Positions 39,912 through 49,373 of a DNA stretch of 64,000 nt are shown here, piece after piece (the stretch's first letter is position 1; the number at the start of each line of letters is the position of its first letter). The translations under genes and the position numbers were made by a program. The DNA comes from a virus. Under the pieces are notes generated by a model. It was not told the origin of the DNA and made no database searches. It saw only the letters and a list, made by a program, of their open reading frames with translations. The stretch lies in the IMG/VR virus record IMGVR_UViG_3300025168_015970, positions 11,056 through 75,055 of that record; one strand, given 5' to 3'.

Positions 39912-40418
39912 ATGAGTTCAAAAGAACAGCTTAGTATGAAGTTTGTAAAGACCCACACTGACGCAAAACTCCCGGAACGAGCCCATGATAGTGATTCAGG
40001 ATATGATCTATATAGTGTATCAGAAGTTATTGTTCCTGGGGATGGGTCAGTTGTAGTTCCTGTTGGTTTAACTCTTGGTTATTTGACTCCAGGTTGGTGG
40101 TTCCGTGTTGAACCTAGAAGTGGTTTAGGGTTCAAACATAACTTACAACCTCACTTAGGAATCATTGATAATGGTTATAGAGGAGATCTAGGAGTAAAGT
40201 TATATAACTTCAGTAATGTTAATATTACTTTAAATAAAGGTACAAAAATTGCACAATTGGTTTTATATCCTCATATAACAGCTGAAGTAAGTTTTATTGA
40301 TGAAGTCGTTGAAGCTGATCGAGGGGATGCTGGTTTCGGTTCTACTGATTATAAATCAGATATGGATACTGATAAAATGTCAATTTATGATAATTTTAAA
40401 GAATACCCGTCTGCATGA
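39912..40418 (+). CDS. dut: Trimeric dUTPase
   Basis: All five motifs: SGYDL, PRSG, GIIDNGYRG, IAQL, RGDAGFGST. Confidence 0.96.
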   Translation: MSSKEQLSMKFVKTHTDAKLPERAHDSDSGYDLYSVSEVIVPGDGSVVVPVGLTLGYLTPGWWFRVEPRSGLGFKHNLQPHLGIIDNGYRGDLGVKLYNFSNVNITLNKGTKIAQLVLYPHITAEVSFIDEVVEADRGDAGFGSTDYKSDMDTDKMSIYDNFKEYPSA

Positions 40419-41323
40419 ACGTATCTGATATATGGTGTGAGAAGTACAGACCAAGTACTTTAGAAGAAATAGTACTCAATCCAAGTACTCGTAATTACTT
40501 TAATAAAGTACGAGAGGATAAGAACATACCTAATGTTATGTTCGTTGGAAGACCTGGTATTGGTAAAACTTCTTTAGCAAAGATTATAGTATCTGATGTT
40601 CTCAATTGCCAGTATCTCTACATCAATGCGTCGGATGAGAACGGAATAGATACTATACGTACAAAAGTTCTAAACTTCGCGCAGACAAAGAGTCTCTTTG
40701 GGAGCATTAAGGTTATAATACTTGATGAGTGCGATGGTTTGTCTATTGATGCTCAAAAAGCTCTCCGTAATTCTATAGAAGAGTATCACGACTTAACTCG
40801 ATTTGTACTTACAGCTAACTATAAACATAAGATTATTCCAGCTCTTCAGAGTAGATGTCAACTATTTGATCTCAATCATGATAAAAACGAGTATATTACT
40901 AAGTTGATATCAATTGTTAAAGCTGAAGAAGTAAAGATTAATAAAGAAGATTTCACTAATATTGTTAATAGTTGTTATCCAGATTTTAGAAGAGGTATTA
41001 ACGCTCTACAAAAGTATGCTTTATCAGGAGGAAAAGAAGGTATATTTGGAGATATATCTGAACTTTTCGATGGTTTAATAGATCTTCTACGAAATAAAAA
41101 ATATACAGCTATAAGAAAGTTTATTATCGAGAATGAAACTGTCTTTAATAACGATTATGATGTTTTATTTAAAAAGTTATTTGATTATATATTTGAATCT
41201 TCTATAGATGTAGACAAAAAGAAAGACTGTCTTTTAACAGTCTCTAGATATTTTTATCAGAATAGTCAATGTATTGATCAGGAGATCAACTTCTATTCTT
41301 GTATCCTTGAATTAAGCGTTTAA
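40415..41323 (+). CDS. gp44: Clamp loader AAA+ subunit (gp44/RFC-like)
   Basis: WCEKYRP, GRPGIGKT, INASDE, ILDECD, LQSRC. Confidence 0.93.
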   Translation: MNVSDIWCEKYRPSTLEEIVLNPSTRNYFNKVREDKNIPNVMFVGRPGIGKTSLAKIIVSDVLNCQYLYINASDENGIDTIRTKVLNFAQTKSLFGSIKVIILDECDGLSIDAQKALRNSIEEYHDLTRFVLTANYKHKIIPALQSRCQLFDLNHDKNEYITKLISIVKAEEVKINKEDFTNIVNSCYPDFRRGINALQKYALSGGKEGIFGDISELFDGLIDLLRNKKYTAIRKFIIENETVFNNDYDVLFKKLFDYIFESSIDVDKKKDCLLTVSRYFYQNSQCIDQEINFYSCILELSV

Positions 41324-41809
41324 ATACTTCGCAGTAGTTAACTTATAATCTCCGTTAGGTACTTTAGTTGGTTGACCAACATCAGTAGCTACGTCTTCTA
41401 CTTCTTCTGGCTTCAATGTAGTAGGATCTTTTTGATCATTAGTTGGATCTTTTTGAGTACCACGAGCATCTGCAGAAGATATATCAAACTCTAATAGTTC
41501 TAAGGGAATAGTTAAGTTATTTTGATATAAACCAGGAGCATATTCTACTGCAATATCTGCTAATTGAGCTTGAGAATCTGTTGTACCAGTCTCATATACA
41601 GCTTTTTTAATAGTAGATAACATAAGAGGTTTACCTTGCTCTGATAAAGTTTTTACCTCTTGTATATAGTTTTGTCTAGCTTCATCAAGAGATTTATACC
41701 AATCTGAAGATTCGCAGTTGCCTTTGATCTTAACATAATCACCAGCGATAGGCCCGGATTTTACAAATCGACCAATTTGTTGTTCAAATATAGTATCGAA
41801 TTTACTCAT
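41312..41809 (-). CDS. Hypothetical late protein
   Basis: TAAATA 6 nt upstream; N-terminus MSKFDTIFE. Confidence 0.55.
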   Translation of the reverse strand: MSKFDTIFEQQIGRFVKSGPIAGDYVKIKGNCESSDWYKSLDEARQNYIQEVKTLSEQGKPLMLSTIKKAVYETGTTDSQAQLADIAVEYAPGLYQNNLTIPLELLEFDISSADARGTQKDPTNDQKDPTTLKPEEVEDVATDVGQPTKVPNGDYKLTTAKYLNA

Positions 41810-41855
41810 TTAAATTATTTATTCTATTAAGCCTTTTAAAATTAAATAATTATAC

Positions 41856-42338
41856 ATGGCTCTTAAATTAGATATCCTAAAAGATGTAAAGAATAGGGAT
41901 AGTTACCGTAATTATTCTTATGCAGACTTACATTTAGATATAGAACTTAATAGTTTTCTCTCTGATAAAACTGTTGGGGCAGAGAAAAATAAGCAAGATT
42001 TGAAATTAAGTTATGATGAATCCGCTATTTACAACTCTATAAGAAACACTTTTAATACTAAAAAAGGACAAAAAATACTAAACCCTAATTTTGGATTAGA
42101 TCTAGAACAGTATTTGTTTGAGAATATATCAAAAGATAATGGAGATTTAATAGGTACTACAATTTATGAAGAGTTAGCGTTGTATGAGCCTCGAGTTATA
42201 GTGAATAGTGTAGATATAATTGCACGACCTGATCAAAACGAATATAAAATTAGTATATCTATCACAATACCATCATTAAATAATAAAAAAGGGACTGCTA
42301 ACGGATTACTAACAGCAACAGGGTTTACGTACACATAA
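41856..42338 (+). CDS. gp25: Baseplate wedge protein (gp25)
   Basis: YADL, AI.NSI.N...T..G....P.FG...YLFE, YEPRV. Confidence 0.9.
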   Translation: MALKLDILKDVKNRDSYRNYSYADLHLDIELNSFLSDKTVGAEKNKQDLKLSYDESAIYNSIRNTFNTKKGQKILNPNFGLDLEQYLFENISKDNGDLIGTTIYEELALYEPRVIVNSVDIIARPDQNEYKISISITIPSLNNKKGTANGLLTATGFTYT

Positions 42339-42340
42339 AA

Positions 42341-44176
42341 ATGGCAAAATATACACAATTCGATTTACCGACAGATGCATATGCAAGCTTTGATGCCCAA
42401 AGCTTGCGCGATCTAATCATATCTAGAATTAATAAAGACACGAACATTAATTTTACAGATCAAAATTTCGAAGGTAGTAACATCTCTGCTCTTATAGATA
42501 TTATTTCCTACTCATACCATACTTTATTATTCTACTTAAATCAAACTAGTTCAGAGAGTAATTTTAATGATGCAGAGTTGTATGAAAATATAAACCGTAT
42601 AGTAAAACTTATTGATTATAAACCTGTAGGTAAGCAGTCAAGTGTGTTACCCGTAAACATAAAAGGTACCTCTGATTTGTCTGCTGGTTATTATACAATA
42701 CCTAAATTTACATTCGCAAGCTCTGGTGGTAAGACATTTACATTTACTAATGATCTCACGTTTGAAAAAATAACATCTGAAACTGAAACTATAACAGCAA
42801 CTGGTAACCAATTATTATATGAAGGTACAGTAGAAGAATATCCAGTTATTAATCCTATCGGTGAAAAATTTGAAACAATAAATCTTCTCCCAGGAGGGGA
42901 TGTAATAATTGATCACTTTAATATATTTGCTTACGTAAAAGAAACAAACGAAGATGATAAGTGGTATGAATGGAAAAGAGTTCCAAGTATATTTTTAGCA
43001 AATGCAAATGAAAGAGTTTTTGAAATCCGATATAATGAAAATAAAAACTATGAATTTAAATTTGGTAATAGTGTAAATGGTAAAAAGTTAAATGACGGGG
43101 ATCAAGTTGCTATCTATTATATTAAATCAACTGGGGAGTCTGGTAAGGTAACTAAAAACACTTTTGTAGATAGTGGAATTAATATTTTTAATACATCTCA
43201 ATATGACACCATATGGGCTGATATAAAAGATACATCCTTAAATTATCTTGCTATCGAAACTGCTCCGAATGTTAATATTAATAATACTGAAGACAGTACA
43301 AACTTTGGAGAAGAAGAAAAGGTATCAGAAATAAAACAAAACGCACCTCGATTTTTTAGTTCAGAATACAAACTAACTACGAAAGGAGATTATAAAAGTT
43401 TTATACAACGAAACTATAAAAACTTAATTTACGATGTAACTGTACAAAATAATAGTGATTATACTAATGATTATTTAAAATATGTTAATGAAGAGTTAGG
43501 TCTAACAGATTATACATTAGATACAAACGCCCTTTTTAATCAATTTTATTTTGCTGATAGCGCAGACGCAAACAACATATATCTAACTATTGTACCGAAT
43601 TTGCGTAAAAATAAAACAGTAGTCACTCGTTCTAATTATCTTTCTAATTCTCTAAAAGAAAAAATACGGAGTGAGATTGAAGATTATAAATTACTTAACA
43701 GCGAAATTGCTTTCATTGATCCAGTATACTTAAACTTAGATTTATCTTTGTCATTCTCTGGTGAGATAAATAAAACATCTTATAAAGATTACACATGCCT
43801 AGAAATAAGCAGAAGTTCCCGTTCTCTAATAAACGAAGAAGATTTAAAAACAAAAGTATTTAATACTATAACAAACTATATTAATTCTATAAAGCTTGGA
43901 GGCTTAATAGATGTGAGGTTTTTAAATAACGAACTTGAAAAAATTAAAGGTATTGAAAAAATAGAAACAATAAGAACTGATGTAGAAAACCTCGGCGTTC
44001 CTGGTCTTTCTTTATGCATTTTTAATCCAATATATAATGGGAGGGATATTAAAAGTATCGATACTAGATATCAGTTAAAACCATATCAAATACCTTATAT
44101 TGAAAATTCCACTTTATTTAAAAATAAAATTAAAGTTAAACCCTTAACTAGTAACAATAGAGTCGTTGAATATTAA
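42341..44176 (+). CDS. gp6: Baseplate wedge protein (gp6)
   Basis: FTDQNFEGSN...LIDI, FGN...GK, E....IK.NAP, T..DY. Confidence 0.88.
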   Translation: MAKYTQFDLPTDAYASFDAQSLRDLIISRINKDTNINFTDQNFEGSNISALIDIISYSYHTLLFYLNQTSSESNFNDAELYENINRIVKLIDYKPVGKQSSVLPVNIKGTSDLSAGYYTIPKFTFASSGGKTFTFTNDLTFEKITSETETITATGNQLLYEGTVEEYPVINPIGEKFETINLLPGGDVIIDHFNIFAYVKETNEDDKWYEWKRVPSIFLANANERVFEIRYNENKNYEFKFGNSVNGKKLNDGDQVAIYYIKSTGESGKVTKNTFVDSGINIFNTSQYDTIWADIKDTSLNYLAIETAPNVNINNTEDSTNFGEEEKVSEIKQNAPRFFSSEYKLTTKGDYKSFIQRNYKNLIYDVTVQNNSDYTNDYLKYVNEELGLTDYTLDTNALFNQFYFADSADANNIYLTIVPNLRKNKTVVTRSNYLSNSLKEKIRSEIEDYKLLNSEIAFIDPVYLNLDLSLSFSGEINKTSYKDYTCLEISRSSRSLINEEDLKTKVFNTITNYINSIKLGGLIDVRFLNNELEKIKGIEKIETIRTDVENLGVPGLSLCIFNPIYNGRDIKSIDTRYQLKPYQIPYIENSTLFKNKIKVKPLTSNNRVVEY

Positions 44177-47061
44177 TGTCTGAACCAATAACTAACACTC
44201 CAGATAGTATACCAGTACCAGTAACAGTTACTGTTGATACATCAGTTTCTGTACCTCCATTGGTTGAGAATGTGCACTTATTATCTGCTTCCCAAGCTGG
44301 TTTTACTAATATATCTAATTTTACTTTTACTGCAGATTTAACTGGTACAGTTTATAGTATTATAGATAATTTTGAACCTAAAATATCTAATACTAAAGCG
44401 GTATGGGATTTTGGAGATGGTTATACTCTTAGTGCTGCTAATAGTACTACAACTACCCATAGATATAGAGTACCAGGTATATATAAAGTGTCAATGTATT
44501 TCTTCAATGAAGAAGGAAACACCCATCTTAATACAGTTACTAAGTCAGTATCAGTTTATAATTATGTACCAACAAATGTAGCTATTAGTAATAATTTTGT
44601 TGCTTCTGTTTCAGCTGCGCAATTCCCAGCCGGAACAAAAAACAATTCGTTTAATGCTGGTGTTTCTGCTTCATGGCAAGATATACCAGAGGATGGCAAA
44701 TTTACTTTGTATCTCACAGCGAGCGGTAGTAAAGCTAAACCATATGATACTAAAAGTAAATATGCTCACTTAGTACCGTATAATGCTTTTTACAATCCAC
44801 AAGATGGTAATCTGATTAATAGTGTGGAAGGTTTAAATTTTAAATTAAACAATCAGTATTATGTAGTCAATCCTTCTACTAATAAAATAGAACCAATTTT
44901 AGAAGATAAAGTAGAAGAGTTTACTGCAGTTGGAATGACTCCTTATTTGTTAGGAGCTACAGTTAGTACGTTCCAAGGTTATGATAATACATCTACAAAT
45001 TCAGCTGGAGTTACATCAATGCGACCAGGGAAGCCATATTCTGTATCCGCCCATGATATACCAGCATTTATATATTATGATGATATACCTAATATCGACC
45101 CGGGAGTGAGATTATTGTTTAAGCTTGATACAAGTAAACATAAAGTAAGAAATTTTTATGTAGATGGTATCGATTCAGATATTAACAGTAGTGGGTTAAC
45201 TTTTTTAGAAACAAATCAAGTAGGAGCATTTGTAGGTAATACAACTACAGAGATTGGTTACCCGATAAAAATATCTAAACCAACTACTACGAGACTCTCT
45301 TTCACATCTACAGGTATGAAAGAAATGTCTGGTATACAATATAAAAGACAAGGAGATAAATTTCAATTGTTTATAGCACTAGCAGATAGGGAGTTAAATA
45401 TTGCTAAATATTATCCTCAATATTTATGGTCTTCAAGTCAAAATCCTGCTCAAGATAATCAATTTTACTTAGAATGGACTGATGGTACTACAACAACAAC
45501 TTCTAACATAAGTAGTATTAGTACAAATAAGTTTCCGTACGATACTTCTACAGGTAAAACAAATTTAAGTAGTTTTCTATATACTAATATAAATCCATTA
45601 AGTGCCGGAACATGGACATTAAATGTTACTGGAAGAATAGATTCTTTTACATCAGCAATTGGAGTTTCCGGGTATAACGCCATAATTGATTACGATGGTT
45701 CAGGTCCTTTAGGTCCGGTTTCATTAACTGCCTCCGGGGGTAATATTATAGAAGGGTCATATACGTTTACAGTCTTACCTTCTACAAATGATGTGGAAAT
45801 TTATAAAATAAATGAGGATATAGATTATTCTCAAACAATAAAAGGTTACAGATTCCAATCATTTTTACATGAGTATGATAATTTATTTGACGGTATATTT
45901 ACTTCGTTTGTTGGTGAAGCGAGCTCAAGTCCTACTGTTTTTGGTAAAACGGTTTTTGAAAAGATAGCAAACTTTGTTGCAAATAATAACGATGTAGATT
46001 ATTGTAATCTAGATAACTTACAATCCTTCTATGATTTCTTCAATGAAGATATAGATATTGTATTACCGACCCCACCACCAGAGCTGAAGCGATTGTATGA
46101 TTTGTTTAGTATAAAAATAACAAAATTATTAGGAGGATATGAACAAAATAATGAGCGATTAACTACAGACTTTTATACTAATTCTGCTAATGGACGGAAC
46201 GTAGACTTTAATAATAAAATAGATACTTCCACTTATACGGTTACTGCCTATACTAATATTGTAGCAAGACAAAAATTTAACAATGAGTTTGTTTTAATTA
46301 AACCTCAAAAAATTGCTAGCTTATCTTTCCAAACAGCAAATGAGCTTTGGGACTTAACTACAACGAATTTAAATTTCGCGACTACAACTGGCTGGCAAGC
46401 TACTGTATCAGATCAAATAAACGAAACTGGTAGCTCTCCAATAAGTGGTTGGGTACTTACTGGTTCTGTTGCAGGACATAACCCATATACTGGTACCCCA
46501 GCCACAAATAATTTATTTCAAGCTATAAACGCTAAATCAAATTCTAGCTATAAGGTTACTGTAACTGTCGCAAGCTGTACAGCCGGTACATTAAGAGTAA
46601 TAATAGGGCAACATAGTAACGGGGTTGCATTACCTCAAACAGGAGGGGTTACTAATAATGGAACTCATTCTGTAACGATAACAAACACAGGAATTTATGA
46701 TACCCTTTCATTGGAAGTAAGTCAAGACTTCAACGGTAATATAGATAACATTATTATACAAGAATTAATTTCAAATCAATATCCTCTTTCAGCTTATAAT
46801 AAATATAGTAACTGGGGTTGGTCGTTAGATACTTCTGTATCAGGTGCTAGTGGTTTAGATAGTTTTTATGACTTTTATCCTTATACGACATATGACACTA
46901 CATCGGCAGATGAAAATATAAAAAACAGTATTGTAGATTTTAATAATACATATACGTCTATAACTCGTGGAAATTCTTCCCTGAGCGCTAATTGGGATAA
47001 TACAGGTGGCATTGTATATAAAAATGTGGATTATCAAATCCGGAAAGGACTTAATATATGA
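44176..47061 (+). CDS. Large virion/baseplate protein with PKD domain
   Basis: WDFGDG...H.Y..PG.Y.V PKD motif; follows gp6; Ser/Thr-rich. Confidence 0.65.
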   Translation: MSEPITNTPDSIPVPVTVTVDTSVSVPPLVENVHLLSASQAGFTNISNFTFTADLTGTVYSIIDNFEPKISNTKAVWDFGDGYTLSAANSTTTTHRYRVPGIYKVSMYFFNEEGNTHLNTVTKSVSVYNYVPTNVAISNNFVASVSAAQFPAGTKNNSFNAGVSASWQDIPEDGKFTLYLTASGSKAKPYDTKSKYAHLVPYNAFYNPQDGNLINSVEGLNFKLNNQYYVVNPSTNKIEPILEDKVEEFTAVGMTPYLLGATVSTFQGYDNTSTNSAGVTSMRPGKPYSVSAHDIPAFIYYDDIPNIDPGVRLLFKLDTSKHKVRNFYVDGIDSDINSSGLTFLETNQVGAFVGNTTTEIGYPIKISKPTTTRLSFTSTGMKEMSGIQYKRQGDKFQLFIALADRELNIAKYYPQYLWSSSQNPAQDNQFYLEWTDGTTTTTSNISSISTNKFPYDTSTGKTNLSSFLYTNINPLSAGTWTLNVTGRIDSFTSAIGVSGYNAIIDYDGSGPLGPVSLTASGGNIIEGSYTFTVLPSTNDVEIYKINEDIDYSQTIKGYRFQSFLHEYDNLFDGIFTSFVGEASSSPTVFGKTVFEKIANFVANNNDVDYCNLDNLQSFYDFFNEDIDIVLPTPPPELKRLYDLFSIKITKLLGGYEQNNERLTTDFYTNSANGRNVDFNNKIDTSTYTVTAYTNIVARQKFNNEFVLIKPQKIASLSFQTANELWDLTTTNLNFATTTGWQATVSDQINETGSSPISGWVLTGSVAGHNPYTGTPATNNLFQAINAKSNSSYKVTVTVASCTAGTLRVIIGQHSNGVALPQTGGVTNNGTHSVTITNTGIYDTLSLEVSQDFNGNIDNIIIQELISNQYPLSAYNKYSNWGWSLDTSVSGASGLDSFYDFYPYTTYDTTSADENIKNSIVDFNNTYTSITRGNSSLSANWDNTGGIVYKNVDYQIRKGLNI

Positions 47062-49361
47062 CGATAGATTTAAATACAACTAACCCATTATCTTTTATTG
47101 AATGGAAAGCTTATTATGAAGATGTTTCTAGCGCTACTGAGCTACCTGTAATTTACAATAACTATCTTATTGAGTGGAAAAACCAAAAAGAGACAAATAC
47201 TAATTATAATAACGATTATACTAAAAACATTTACATACAATTTTTAAAGAATTTAAATTTATCAACTTTAGATACTAATGTACAGCGGTTTCTCGAGAGA
47301 ATAGATACCGATGATGTATATGAACTAGAATTATCAGTTCACTATTTTATTGAAATAATACAAAACCAATTAACTAATGTTCGAGATTTAAGAGAAGAGG
47401 TTAAGTTTTCTACATCAAAAAATAAACTTAAAACTTCAAAAGCAGGTATACAAAAATATTTAAAAAATTATATAGCTAGATTACTTAGTAGTAAGGAATT
47501 TGTAAAAGAAAATACTAACACCGCTATAGAAGATATTAACATACAAAAAATAGCGAACAATATAGAAATAAATTTAAAGAGTTATGTTTCTGATGAGTTT
47601 TTGTATAACATCCACACAATAGACAAAGATTTAATTTTAAGTGTTACCCGCAAGGTACTTAACGAAGTACCTAATGTTTTACAGGCAATATCAATAAACA
47701 AAGATGGTAAGAAACTAAAAATAGAAACCAACAATATATCAACTCCAGAAAGTATATTGAGCATTAATCAACCGTTTACAAATTTTGAAAGGTTACCTGG
47801 TAGGTACTTTAGAGGAGAAGAAAAAACATTAAAAAATTTAAAATTTACGTACGAAAAGGGATTAATAGAAAAATATTTAGCAAATGATTTATATCATGTA
47901 TCTGGTAATAAACAATCTGCAAAAGTAGAACAGCTGTTTAATAATACTAACCCTACAAATAGTTTAAATCAAAGATATAATCCGAATTTATACAACAAAC
48001 CTGTTAACATAAAAAGTACAGAAATTTACCCGTATCAATTATCCTTTAAAAATACTGGAACAACTAATTTTTATTCTTATGGGTTAACATTTAATATAGA
48101 TTTATCTGCGTTCAATGGAACAGATTATGTAGTTCCCAACCCTAATAAATATGAACCTGGTATTAAATGTGTTGGTTATATTAAAAATAGCAATACTGGA
48201 GAGATTCTTCGTAATATAAAAATAAAACAAAGAACTCCGCTTATTTTTAAAGCAAAAACAAACGAATACAAAAACAATGATCAAAGTGCTTCTATAGGTT
48301 TTTACAATAATAAAATATTACGAAATTATGGATATCAAAGTCAAGAAAATAGCTTAGAGTACTCTTCTACAGGTATTAACAAAAGAGAAGATAATATTAG
48401 TTTCTGGGAAGATGAAATTGGTCATATAGATTGGAAGAATACTGACACATACCCAATAAGCGTTTTAAACATATATCCTGAATCTCAAAGACTTACGGAT
48501 TTGTTGATAACTAACAAGACTGGCATCAAATTACGGAGTGACATATATGGTAATGAGTTTTATTTTATAAAGCCGGTATACCCAAAGAGATACGCAGGAA
48601 CCACATATATAAGCAGTACATCAGATTCAAGTACCTCAACTAGTTGTATAACAGCTGCAGAATATTATGATGGTTTGTTTTTTGAACCTTTACTGTCTGC
48701 AATATCTGCAGCTGAGTATATAGCTACAGGAACTTTGTATTCTAGTGTTACTGGTATGTATGATGAGTTTATAGTTAATGATTCTACATTATGTGATGTC
48801 GCAGGTACAGCAGAATCAGCAACATTCTTAGCTCCTCTAACAGACTTTTCGTGTTCTGATTTGCATAGTCAAGCTTTGTCTTGTGGTTCAGTTTCTGCAG
48901 TGTCTGCTGTTGATGGTGGGCCATTTGCTGGACACCCTGGAGTGGGTAGTGAACTAGTAACTCATTATTTTACGGAAACTACAATACCATATTTAACAAT
49001 TGATACTTCCGCTATATATACAAACTCTACTACTACATATGAAGCGTCAGCAACTAACGATCCAACAACAACCACTGTAAAATTGTTTGATCAACAGTTT
49101 ATCAGCGCCGGTGAAGTATTTGTTAGAAATATACATACTCAAACGGTAGATCCACTTTCAACAGCCTTTGCAACAGTGTTTAATAAACACACAACAGGTC
49201 TTACTAAAGCTAATATACTTACAACAAGTAATATATTAGATTTTGATATTATCGAAAATACAATTTATGTGCAAACGTCAGCAGAGACAGTAACAGAATT
49301 ATATGATTTTGTAGATGGTACATTTAAAAATAAAGCTAGTTCGAAATCCATAATAACGTAG
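47058..49361 (+). CDS. Large virion structural protein
   Basis: Coupled to the previous ORF; Ser/Thr/Cys-rich C-terminal third. Confidence 0.55.
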   Translation: MTIDLNTTNPLSFIEWKAYYEDVSSATELPVIYNNYLIEWKNQKETNTNYNNDYTKNIYIQFLKNLNLSTLDTNVQRFLERIDTDDVYELELSVHYFIEIIQNQLTNVRDLREEVKFSTSKNKLKTSKAGIQKYLKNYIARLLSSKEFVKENTNTAIEDINIQKIANNIEINLKSYVSDEFLYNIHTIDKDLILSVTRKVLNEVPNVLQAISINKDGKKLKIETNNISTPESILSINQPFTNFERLPGRYFRGEEKTLKNLKFTYEKGLIEKYLANDLYHVSGNKQSAKVEQLFNNTNPTNSLNQRYNPNLYNKPVNIKSTEIYPYQLSFKNTGTTNFYSYGLTFNIDLSAFNGTDYVVPNPNKYEPGIKCVGYIKNSNTGEILRNIKIKQRTPLIFKAKTNEYKNNDQSASIGFYNNKILRNYGYQSQENSLEYSSTGINKREDNISFWEDEIGHIDWKNTDTYPISVLNIYPESQRLTDLLITNKTGIKLRSDIYGNEFYFIKPVYPKRYAGTTYISSTSDSSTSTSCITAAEYYDGLFFEPLLSAISAAEYIATGTLYSSVTGMYDEFIVNDSTLCDVAGTAESATFLAPLTDFSCSDLHSQALSCGSVSAVSAVDGGPFAGHPGVGSELVTHYFTETTIPYLTIDTSAIYTNSTTTYEASATNDPTTTTVKLFDQQFISAGEVFVRNIHTQTVDPLSTAFATVFNKHTTGLTKANILTTSNILDFDIIENTIYVQTSAETVTELYDFVDGTFKNKASSKSIIT

Positions 49362-49373
49362 TAAATAATTTAT

